Of a stretch of DNA of 44,983 nt, positions 17,277 to 24,546 are shown piece after piece. The translations under genes and the position numbers were made by a program. Below the pieces are notes generated by a model, which saw only the letters and a program-made list of their open reading frames with translations, did no database searches and was not told the DNA's origin. Positions within the stretch are counted from its first letter, which is position 1. Each line of letters opens with the position of its first letter. Source of the stretch: Candidatus Woesearchaeota archaeon (lineage in GTDB: Archaea; Nanobdellota; Nanobdellia; SCGC-AAA011-G17; JACPIM01). The stretch covers positions 19,054-64,036 of the forward strand of contig CAYIXS010000001.1 in NCBI GenBank assembly GCA_964367445.1. Direction: 5' to 3'.

Positions 17277-17399
17277 TTTTTAGACTATGAACTAGAATCA
17301 GCGGCTGAATTTTAGGCTTTCATTTTTAAATAACCTTTTTTTATTAATCAGTAGGGTAAAGGTTTTGTTAGAATTAGCATTTATAAAGCTATCGAAAAA

Positions 17400-17465
17400 T
17401 TAATTTTTAAATTTTAGAGAAAAAAATAAAAGTTAGTTCTAAATTTTTTTAGGCGCCTACGGCGC
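17400..17465 (-). repeat. Conserved 3' module, copy A (AT-rich flank plus GGCGCC-TAC-GGCGC palindrome spanning the stop codon)
   Basis: Aligns with 40671-40735 at roughly 85-90% identity with 3 single-nt indels (hand alignment): ttaatttttaaa..agaaaaaa.taaaa.gttagt.ctaaat.ttttt.ggcgcct.cggcgc. Confidence 0.8.
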
Positions 17466-18201
17466 ACGGAAACACCCCGAGCCCCGCATACGAGTCCCGC
17501 GGATCCCAGCTGTAGCTAAGGCTGGCCCTATCAGAATCGGCAACGAACCTAGCGACAGAATCAAGCCTAGGATAGACAAAATAAACTGTTTTTCCTGGTT
17601 CATATTCTTGAACTTTTGCTTTCTTTGTTAGAAATCCTTGACTATTTGTTGATTCTAGCTCTGCAAAACAATCTTCTTCTAAACAATCTTCTAAATGCTC
17701 TCTTTTTAGTATTGGTCTTCCTTTTTTATCTAAACCTGTAATTGTTACTAAATCTAGTCCAAGAAATCCTTTTCCTTTTGGAAATCTAGCATTAAGAACA
17801 ACCCAACAATTATGATTTATAACATTAGCATAATCATTTAATCTTTTTCCTTCTATTAAATTTCCAGCAGCATCATATAAAACACTTTTTCCTTGTAAAG
17901 TATCATTAACATTTTTATAATGCGGCATAAAAATTGAAGGTGTGGGAACAAATAAACCAGATTGTAAAACTTTAACATTTGTAGGAATAAACTGAAAACT
18001 ATTAAATCCCCACATCATGGAAATAGCATAGTCTTCTTGATCTCCTTCTTGAACTAAAGCATAATTTTCCGGTTTTATTTTAGCTTTTGTTTGAAAATGA
18101 TCAATATGTTTAGGAAAAGAATAGATTCCATCTGGTTTTTCTACATAAACCCTATTTGGATTTGTTTCAACTTCTTTTCTTCCTATGATTTGAACTACCA
18201 T
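17449..18201 (-). CDS. Hypothetical protein with a GC-rich, adenine-poor C-terminal segment (cassette A)
   Basis: 250-aa ORF with no signal peptide or TM. TATA box ~23 nt upstream of the ATG. C-terminus ...RASLSYSWDPRDSYAGLGVFPCAVGA. No family recognised. Confidence 0.7.
   Translation of the reverse strand: MVVQIIGRKEVETNPNRVYVEKPDGIYSFPKHIDHFQTKAKIKPENYALVQEGDQEDYAISMMWGFNSFQFIPTNVKVLQSGLFVPTPSIFMPHYKNVNDTLQGKSVLYDAAGNLIEGKRLNDYANVINHNCWVVLNARFPKGKGFLGLDLVTITGLDKKGRPILKREHLEDCLEEDCFAELESTNSQGFLTKKAKVQEYEPGKTVYFVYPRLDSVARFVADSDRASLSYSWDPRDSYAGLGVFPCAVGA
17452..17573 (-). other. DGR-variable-region-like segment (compositional anomaly)
   Basis: Hand count gives ~62% G+C. On the coding strand A is ~12% and T ~26%. 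Run of NNC/NNG codons (AGC TAC AGC TGG GAT CCG CGG GAC TCG ... TGC GCC GTA GGC GCC), while the rest of the gene is AT-rich. Confidence 0.45.
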
Positions 18202-18216
18202 ACCATTTTTTTAAAA

Positions 18217-18248
18217 AATAGAATTTATAAATTTTTCTATTTGCTACT
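18217..18248 (-). promoter_or_regulatory. Conserved promoter block, copy A (TATA tttataaat at 18224-18232)
   Basis: aatagaatttataaatttttctatttgctact versus aatagattatttataaatctttctatttttact at 41488-41520. The TATA lies 23-26 nt from the ATG, implying a leaderless mRNA. Confidence 0.55.
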
Positions 18249-18268
18249 ACTTAGAAAAGATAAATATT

Positions 18269-18685
18269 TTATTTCATTTTTTTAGTAACATCTATGTCTT
18301 TATTACATTTTTGACATTTGAACCTTACTGCTTCTATTGTTTTCTTTTTTTGCCCTTCTTCATCAAAAATTTGAATTTTTTTTCTTTTGAAAGGAACTTG
18401 AATTTCTCCTTGATAATCACAATGAGGGCAAGTATATTGAACATTGATAGTTAGAGAATCTTCATATTCTTCCTTTTCAACCTGATAATGGCATTCTGGA
18501 CAAAGGTATTCTGTAGCCCTTATTCTTGGTTTGCCTGTTTTTGGATCTTTTGGCTTGCTCATTACTGCTTTATTGCATTTAGGACATAGTTCCTTGAAAA
18601 CCCAGGCTTTAATTTTGCCATTTTCTAAGGTTCTATTAGTAAAATAGACACATTCTTCCATACTAGTCAGCTGCTTTAGTGTCAT
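18269..18685 (-). CDS. Zinc-ribbon protein (four CxxC pairs)
   Basis: CPKC..CPEC and CPHC..CQKC; 138 aa; no other motif. Confidence 0.6.
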   Translation of the reverse strand: MTLKQLTSMEECVYFTNRTLENGKIKAWVFKELCPKCNKAVMSKPKDPKTGKPRIRATEYLCPECHYQVEKEEYEDSLTINVQYTCPHCDYQGEIQVPFKRKKIQIFDEEGQKKKTIEAVRFKCQKCNKDIDVTKKMK

Positions 18686-18902
18686 TTTTTTCTCCTGTTT
18701 TATTTATTGGCGACCAATCTTGTTTTAGTGTGTAGCCTATTGTTGATATGGTATTTTTAACTGCTTTATAAACCCATTTAGAAAAAATTGAAAAAAAGTG
18801 TTTTTGATCTTGTTTTTCTTTTAAATTTAAATTATAAGAATTTATTATTATATAACCAACCAGAATTATTGCTAAAAAAAGGAATAATTTTAATTTTACC
18901 AT
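18663..18902 (-). CDS. Small membrane protein (one N-terminal TM helix)
   Basis: LKLFLFLAIILVGYIIINS hydrophobic segment. Overlaps the downstream gene by 23 nt. Confidence 0.45.
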   Translation of the reverse strand: MVKLKLFLFLAIILVGYIIINSYNLNLKEKQDQKHFFSIFSKWVYKAVKNTISTIGYTLKQDWSPINKTGEKNDTKAAD

Positions 18903-18905
18903 ATT

Positions 18906-19745
18906 TTAACGAATAAACTTTATGTTTTTAATCTTTTTGTCTATAATTTCAATTATTGCTGCTTTTCCGTTAGAAACATCTCCTGGATTTATGATTGTGG
19001 TTTTTCCAAGTTTTTGTTTGCCTTGATATTCATGCATATGCCCGCAAATCATAATTAATGGAGCATATTTCTTTATAATTTGATTGTATGGCTCAAATCC
19101 TACATGTTTTCCATACATTGGGCTTGTTTTAAATTTAACTTTATCAAATACCCCATAAGGCGTATAATGGGTCAAAAAAACAAATCCTTCTGTTGGTTTG
19201 TTTTTTGAAAATAACTTAAGTAATTCCCTTTTAGTTTTGTTATATCGTTTTAATCTTTTATTCTGTTTTTTCTTTTCTTTATCAATTGGATGTTTGATAT
19301 ATTCTGTAACGTCAACGTAGCGACCATGACCTATAACATCTAAATCCTTGATTTTTATTTTTCTTCTATCTATTAATTTAATATTTTTTAATTCTTTTAT
19401 TTTGTCATTATAAAAACCTGGAAAAAGTTCTTTGGGCTCGTTTGTGTCTCTATAAAAATCAGAATTCCCCCAAACAATATACGCTTTTTTATTTATAGAA
19501 TTTAATTTTTTTAAAACATTTAATCCGGAATCAAAGCCATCTTTCTCTAGCTTTTTTGCTTTTTTTAATCCTATAACTTCAAACCATTTTTTACCTGTCC
19601 AGTGTTTGAATTGTAGATCCCTAATTTTCTCTGTGTTTGGAAAATCACCTGAACTTAAAATTATGTCTGTATTATTACTTTTTGCGATTTTTAAAATCTT
19701 TTCTGGCAGTTTTCCGTGAAAATCACCTATGGCAAGAATCTTCAT
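18906..19745 (-). CDS. Metallophosphoesterase (calcineurin-like)
   Basis: Motifs ILAIGDFHG, SGDF, WGNSDF, LTHY, CGHMH. Confidence 0.85.
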   Translation of the reverse strand: MKILAIGDFHGKLPEKILKIAKSNNTDIILSSGDFPNTEKIRDLQFKHWTGKKWFEVIGLKKAKKLEKDGFDSGLNVLKKLNSINKKAYIVWGNSDFYRDTNEPKELFPGFYNDKIKELKNIKLIDRRKIKIKDLDVIGHGRYVDVTEYIKHPIDKEKKKQNKRLKRYNKTKRELLKLFSKNKPTEGFVFLTHYTPYGVFDKVKFKTSPMYGKHVGFEPYNQIIKKYAPLIMICGHMHEYQGKQKLGKTTIINPGDVSNGKAAIIEIIDKKIKNIKFIR

Positions 19746-19832
19746 ATTATTTAAAAAAGAGTTAATATTTATAAATAATTGTTTTTTCGAACTTGGGTTA
19801 AATTTATATAGTTTAGAGTCTTATAATGCTGT

Positions 19833-20747
19833 ATGAATGAGCTTGATGGATTGAGTAGAACAGAGTTAAATAAACTTTTAGCTGTGTTATTGTTAACTGA
19901 TGGATCTGTTTTAAAAAAAGAATATGGTTATCATACTTTTAGGCTTTTAACTTCTGAAAATAGTAAGCCCTTGCACCTTATTTTTAGAGAACTGTGCCTT
20001 AAATTATATAATAAGCCCCCTTCTTTTAGGAGGGTTATAAGAACTGGTAATTATAAAAAACAACCCTTTCTATTCTCAGAACTATTTTATAGCCGAGCAT
20101 GGGAAGAAATGAAGAACCTATCCCCCGCATTTAAAACATCTCCGCGCTATAATCAAACTACTAGAGAATACTTGCAGGAACCACAACCAGATATCTCCTT
20201 TTTATTAAATTCCTCTAAGAAAATTCGTGGTTTGGCTTTGAGGTTGTGGTTTGATTTTGACGGTAGTTTGAGTCCAGCGGTCTCTTTAAAAAGAAAAGTA
20301 GAGAATAAGAATGGAAGAACTTATGAGTATTACCAAGTTCAAATCTCTTTTTCTTGGCAAATATCGGAAACAAATCCAATTTTGGTAAAACAACTTATAA
20401 AGCTATGTAACTCCCTCGGTCTTGATGCAAAATTAAAAAAGGATAAAAGAAAGTGGAGTGGTTTTGATGGTATCACTTTATCCTCTAAAAATAATATCTT
20501 GAAGTTTATAAATTTGGGTGGTCCTTTAACTAATGTTAGCATAACTAAGAACAGTAAAAATTTCTATGGTATTACCAAAAAGAATATGTGTCTTAGTGTT
20601 CTTAATTTAATAAAACATAAATATTCACTCTCCGCTCATTTTATTAAAAGAGATGATGCAGAAAAATATAGAGAAGATTTAAAAAAGAGGATCATTAATT
20701 TAATATTAAAGCCCCATAGTGTAGCGGCCAAATTAACAGATGGTTAG
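19833..20747 (+). CDS. Free-standing double-motif LAGLIDADG homing-endonuclease-like protein
   Basis: Motif 1 LLAVLLLTDGSV (aa ~15-26) and motif 2 LRLWFDFDGSL (aa ~136-146). The last 38 nt overlap the tRNA-Gln 5' exon and intron 1. Confidence 0.75.
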   Translation: MNELDGLSRTELNKLLAVLLLTDGSVLKKEYGYHTFRLLTSENSKPLHLIFRELCLKLYNKPPSFRRVIRTGNYKKQPFLFSELFYSRAWEEMKNLSPAFKTSPRYNQTTREYLQEPQPDISFLLNSSKKIRGLALRLWFDFDGSLSPAVSLKRKVENKNGRTYEYYQVQISFSWQISETNPILVKQLIKLCNSLGLDAKLKKDKRKWSGFDGITLSSKNNILKFINLGGPLTNVSITKNSKNFYGITKKNMCLSVLNLIKHKYSLSAHFIKRDDAEKYREDLKKRIINLILKPHSVAAKLTDG

Positions 20748-20844
20748 GGCTAAGCACGGCACCCTCTGGAATAGCCCTCTTGGAAAGAACCCAAGAAAGA
20801 AATTAAGAAAGGTGCAAACCCAGGTTCAAATCCTGGTGGGGCTA
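20710..20844 (+). tRNA. tRNA-Gln(CUG) with two predicted introns
   Basis: Acceptor AGCCCCA/TGGGGCT (A1:U72, typical of archaeal Gln). D arm GTGT-AGCGGCCAA-GCAC. Anticodon arm GCACC-CTCTGGA-GGTGC (CTG at 20766-20768). T arm CCAGG-TTCAAAT-CCTGG. The cloverleaf closes only if ~20732-20753 (D loop/stem junction) and ~20771-20810 (canonical 37/38 site) are removed. Confidence 0.75.
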
Positions 20845-20905
20845 ATAACTTTTCTTAAAAAGAAAATTTAGGAAAAGAGAATTCTTATAAAAGGTTTAAT
20901 ATCTT

Positions 20906-21050
20906 ATTATAATAGGCTCCCGTGGTCTAGCCCGGTCATAAGAACCAAGGTTCTTATCAATTCCTTGGAAAACTTACTGGAGAATGACGCGAGCTTCTCG
21001 AGCTTGCAACCCGAGAAGTGGCTTTAAAGCTACTAGGGAATTCAAATCTC
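20906..21050 (+). tRNA. tRNA-Glu(CUC) with two predicted non-canonical introns
   Basis: Acceptor GCTCCCG/CGGGAGC plus A73, then TTTTT. D arm GTCT-AGCCCGGTCATA-AGA|C. Anticodon arm CGAGC-TTCTCGA-GCTTG (CTC at 20987-20989). T arm CCGAG|TTCAAAT-CTCGG. Requires removal of ~20934-20977 (D stem, ~24/25) and ~21006-21030 (T arm, ~53/54). Confidence 0.65.
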
Positions 21051-21063
21051 GGCGGGAGCATTT

Positions 21064-22101
21064 TTACTTTTTCCTTTTTGTTTTCAATCTTTTAATGCTC
21101 TCAACATTAACATGTGTTTTTGCTAATCCCCAAGCAGTAAAAGCAGAAATAATTAAACCTACTGCTGTGCTTATTATAATAATATTATCTTTAATTCTAT
21201 CGCCCAATGTTTTTGCTGGTTGAGCTACATTTAATTTTAATCTTATATCCTCTATGTTTGATGTTATAAGGTTATAATTTAGATCAAAATCTTCCTGAGA
21301 ATAACGAACATATTCTAATTGTACTTTTTGTATTATGGTTTTTGTGTCTTCGATATCTGACTCTATGTTTTTTACATCGTAACCATCGGCTCTTTTATTG
21401 AACATTTCCTCTTCATAGTTTCTTAGATCTTCTCTTGCTTTAGATATCTTTAATGAAGCATCTGTTACATTAACAGATTTTTTCTCTTCTACTGGCTTTT
21501 TTGCCTCTGTCTTTATAGAAATTGTTTTAATCTCCTGCTTTATTAAATCTGATGCTGAAAATATCTTTATTATAACGTCTGCTTTGTCTTGAGCTGAGAC
21601 TTCTAGTAAAACATTTAGAAAATCTGCTTTCTTATATGCTAAAGACTCTAAAGAACTAAACTCTTTTGTTTTAATTCCCTCTCCTGAGACTGTTCCGTGC
21701 AAGTCTAATAATTCTTCTGAACCATCATTTTCAATTTGAATAACTAAATTGTTATTTCCTGGATATAACAAACTTGGAGCTATTGACAAGATTTTAACAG
21801 AAGTTTTTTCTATCAAAAGATATATTTTATCTTCACTGTTTGTTGTTGATTGTAAATCTGTAGATAAAAATTTAATTTCTTTTATTAAATCTGTGTTATA
21901 GTCTGAGATTGAATAGGAAGTTATGTTTTCTACTGTTGGCTGGGGCAAGGAAAACATGCATTCTAGATCACATTCTTTTGATTGCTGTATTACTTCTGAT
22001 GATGTGGAGTTTTCTACTTTTATAGAATAATCAACCTGGATTGCTTTTACGGCTGCAGTGAAAAGCAAAACAACTAAAAAATAAACAAATATATTCTTCA
22101 T
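21064..22101 (-). CDS. Secreted/type-I membrane protein, hypothetical
   Basis: N-terminal signal-like MKNIFVYFLVVLLFTAAVKA and C-terminal TM IIIISTAVGLIISAFTAWGLA plus a basic tail. Confidence 0.6.
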   Translation of the reverse strand: MKNIFVYFLVVLLFTAAVKAIQVDYSIKVENSTSSEVIQQSKECDLECMFSLPQPTVENITSYSISDYNTDLIKEIKFLSTDLQSTTNSEDKIYLLIEKTSVKILSIAPSLLYPGNNNLVIQIENDGSEELLDLHGTVSGEGIKTKEFSSLESLAYKKADFLNVLLEVSAQDKADVIIKIFSASDLIKQEIKTISIKTEAKKPVEEKKSVNVTDASLKISKAREDLRNYEEEMFNKRADGYDVKNIESDIEDTKTIIQKVQLEYVRYSQEDFDLNYNLITSNIEDIRLKLNVAQPAKTLGDRIKDNIIIISTAVGLIISAFTAWGLAKTHVNVESIKRLKTKRKK

Positions 22102-22136
22102 GTCACTTTACAGATACAAAAAGGCTTTTAAATCTT

Positions 22137-22643
22137 TTGAAAATTAATTTAAATACAAATAGAGTATATTTTAATATGGACTTTAAAAAACAATTTTTTG
22201 AGGATTGGGTGTGGACTAGGGGGCTTACTCTCAAATTTGTTGAAACTATACCTGAAGACAAATTTAATTTTTCTCCTGGTGGCAATTTTGGACATTTAGG
22301 AAAACAATTAAGACATATTGGGGCAGTTCAAGAATGTTACTTAGTTGGTTTTGAAACCGGCAAAATAGATTTTTCTAAAAAAATAAAAGATGTCAGTTTA
22401 GAGAAATCTAAGATTCAACTTGTTAAATATTTTACTAAATTAGATAATCGTTTTGAAAATTGGTTCAAAACACTAGATATTAAAGATTTAGATCGGGTGA
22501 TTAATTGGAAGGTGTGGGAAGACTTACCAAATCCAACAATTTCACAAGCACTGTATTATATGTTAGAACACGAGATTTTTCATCAAGGGATTTTACAACT
22601 TTATGCTGAACTTGCCGGATTTGAAACAATTCGTTTCTTTTAA
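22137..22643 (+). CDS. DinB-family (DinB_2-like) protein
   Basis: Four-helix-bundle His pattern (HLGKQLRHIG ... EHEIFHQG). A start at Met 22176 (MDFKKQ) is equally plausible. Confidence 0.7.
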   Translation: MKINLNTNRVYFNMDFKKQFFEDWVWTRGLTLKFVETIPEDKFNFSPGGNFGHLGKQLRHIGAVQECYLVGFETGKIDFSKKIKDVSLEKSKIQLVKYFTKLDNRFENWFKTLDIKDLDRVINWKVWEDLPNPTISQALYYMLEHEIFHQGILQLYAELAGFETIRFF

Positions 22644-22716
22644 AATTATTTAATATACTCTAATATTAAATTAAGCGTAGATTTATGATAAATTTAATTT
22701 ACTGACTTTTTTTATT

Positions 22717-23652
22717 TTAACGAAATGATTTCTTTATTCCTAAAATAATGCCAGGACCTACATTTTCTGATACTGGATCTGAATGTATTTTTTCATATCT
22801 ATACTCTACACCCATGAAAAGGGTTGTATCTTTAGGCAAAATTTCTATTTTTCCTGGTAATGTTTCTAAACCTACTTTAACGTAATAACCTAAACCACAA
22901 CCTTCGCTGTCAAAATCTTCAATTTTAAATAAACCGAGTCTTGGGTCTGCATCAACAACTAAATGCTTGTAATCTACTCCTGCTGCAAGTTTTAATAAAA
23001 AATGTTTTGATCTAATATCTGGATAATGATTTAAGTTTAAACCTAATCCCAATAATTCGTCTGTTATTGAAACATCTAATGGCGGCAGGATTGGATGTGT
23101 GAGGTGACTATTAACTGTGTCTTTTCCATAACTAAATTTCAATCCTAAAGAAGTTCTTCTTGCCCAATCTTCTTTTGTAAATCTTGAGAAAAAATATTCT
23201 CCTTCCAGTTCTAAGAAAGAATTTTCTACTGTTCTATCTGAAAAACTTTTTATTCTTCCTGGGTAACCTAGAGAGCTTACAATTTTATTCCAGAATTTCA
23301 CTTCTCTTTTTTCTGGATTTAAAGAGTAATGCGGGATGTTTAGTTGAATTGAAAAAGTATCTGGGATTAGGAAATCTGCCAAGGTGGTTTGATTTTTTCT
23401 AGTTCCAAATTCTTCATAACGGCCATCATCTTCCAAGAAATGTAAAATTATAGATGATCTTATTCTTTCTCTTTCCAGATTTCTTTCTTCTATTTGAGTT
23501 TTTGATTTTGATTCTACTTTTTGAGAATAAGTTTGAATGGCTCTGTCTAAAGCTGATTCTGATATAGTTGTTTTTAAATCGGAGCAGCTGGTTGTGATTG
23601 TGATTAAACCTGCTGTTACAAATCTTCTTAATCTTTTTAATAAACCTTGCAT
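22717..23652 (-). CDS. Hypothetical beta-rich protein with a lipoprotein-like N-terminus
   Basis: N-terminus RRFVTAGLITITTSCS. The C-terminal half has alternating hydrophobic/polar strands (GYYVKVGLETL, LFMGVEYRYEKI, GIILGIKKSFR). Confidence 0.5.
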   Translation of the reverse strand: MQGLLKRLRRFVTAGLITITTSCSDLKTTISESALDRAIQTYSQKVESKSKTQIEERNLERERIRSSIILHFLEDDGRYEEFGTRKNQTTLADFLIPDTFSIQLNIPHYSLNPEKREVKFWNKIVSSLGYPGRIKSFSDRTVENSFLELEGEYFFSRFTKEDWARRTSLGLKFSYGKDTVNSHLTHPILPPLDVSITDELLGLGLNLNHYPDIRSKHFLLKLAAGVDYKHLVVDADPRLGLFKIEDFDSEGCGLGYYVKVGLETLPGKIEILPKDTTLFMGVEYRYEKIHSDPVSENVGPGIILGIKKSFR

Positions 23653-23740
23653 TTTCTGGCTACGATAATGGGGGTATTTATAAATGTGGTGATGGGTTTT
23701 GGAGAAGGTTTTTATAGTTTATTCTTATAGAGAGAAATAT

Positions 23741-23871
23741 ACGCCAGTAGTATAACGGTTTAGTATCGAAGCTTCCCAAATAAGGATTGCATCCTTATCA
23801 ACCTGCAAGAAAACCTTAGAAAAGAAAATTGGAAAAAGCTTTGGATCCGGGTTCGATTCCCGGCTGGCGTA
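23741..23871 (+). tRNA. tRNA-Gly(CCC) with a ~58-nt intron at or near the canonical 37/38 site
   Basis: Acceptor ACGCCAG/CTGGCGT. D arm GTAT-AACGGTTTA-GTAT. Anticodon arm GAAGC-TTCCCAA-[intron ~23780-23837]-GCTTT (CCC at 23775-23777). T arm CCGGG-TTCGATT-CCCGG. Confidence 0.8.
23780..23804 (+). other. 25-nt hairpin motif inside the tRNA-Gly intron (copy of the rpl3-rpl4 spacer element)
   Basis: ataaggattGcatccttatcaacct versus ataaggattCcatccttatcaacct at 16278-16302. The only difference is the central loop nucleotide. Confidence 0.85.
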
Positions 23872-23873
23872 AT

Positions 23874-24401
23874 CTAATTTATTAATTCTGCTTTTATTAT
23901 TTTTACTTCTTTTATTGGCTTATCGTTAGTATCTGTTTTTACTTTTGCTATTTCATCAACTACTTCAATTCCTTCTACTACTTCACCAAAAACCGGATGT
24001 TTCTGATCTAGAAAATTATTATCCACTAAATTAATGAAGAATTGGCTTCCTCCTGTGTTTGGACCAGCATTAGCCATAGAGATAGTTCCTCTATTATTTT
24101 TATTTCCGCCTTTATGAGTAAATTCATCTTTAATCGTGTAACCTGGTCCACCGGTTCCTGTGCCGGTTGGATCTCCTCCCTGTATCATAAAATTATCAAT
24201 GATTCTGTGAAAAATAACCCCATTATAGAAGCCTTGTTTTACTAAAGTTTTGAAATTGTCGGCCGTGGTGGGCATATCATCATATAACCTTATACTTATG
24301 TTTCCTTCTGTTGTTTGTAATAAAACTTTATTACTTTCTGACATTTTGCATCCTCCTAGAATTATTAAGACTAGTATTACTGTTATTAATTTAAGTTTCA
24401 T
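23874..24401 (-). CDS. Cyclophilin-type peptidyl-prolyl cis-trans isomerase, secreted/lipoprotein-like
   Basis: FHRIIDNFMIQGGDP, SMANAGPNTGGSQFFI motifs. N-terminus LIILGGC. Confidence 0.9.
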   Translation of the reverse strand: MKLKLITVILVLIILGGCKMSESNKVLLQTTEGNISIRLYDDMPTTADNFKTLVKQGFYNGVIFHRIIDNFMIQGGDPTGTGTGGPGYTIKDEFTHKGGNKNNRGTISMANAGPNTGGSQFFINLVDNNFLDQKHPVFGEVVEGIEVVDEIAKVKTDTNDKPIKEVKIIKAELIN

Positions 24402-24546
24402 AATGATTTGGAAAAATAAAGAATATATAAATTAATCGAATATTACCGTAGCTCCGAAAAGAGTAAAAGATTTAAATAAGGTTAAGAAGCTATCAATAAT
24501 AAGATAAATTACCTAATAACTAATGGTGGTTTAAGAAGGTTAAAAG

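Noticed and set aside
17277-17399. Possible ncRNA or r-protein leader structure upstream of rpl3.
   Set aside because: Only a short cagcggctg hairpin and TATA-like boxes are visible, and nothing can be assigned without comparative data.
20984-21223. 79-aa + strand ORF (MTRASRACNPRSGFKATREFKSRREH...).
   Set aside because: Its 5' part is simply the translation of the tRNA-Glu anticodon and T arms, and its 3' part is antisense to the 21064-22101 membrane-protein gene.
22103-22285. 60-aa minus-strand ORF between the membrane-protein gene and dinB.
   Set aside because: It overlaps the dinB start region in antisense, has no recognisable features and no separate promoter, and is probably spurious.
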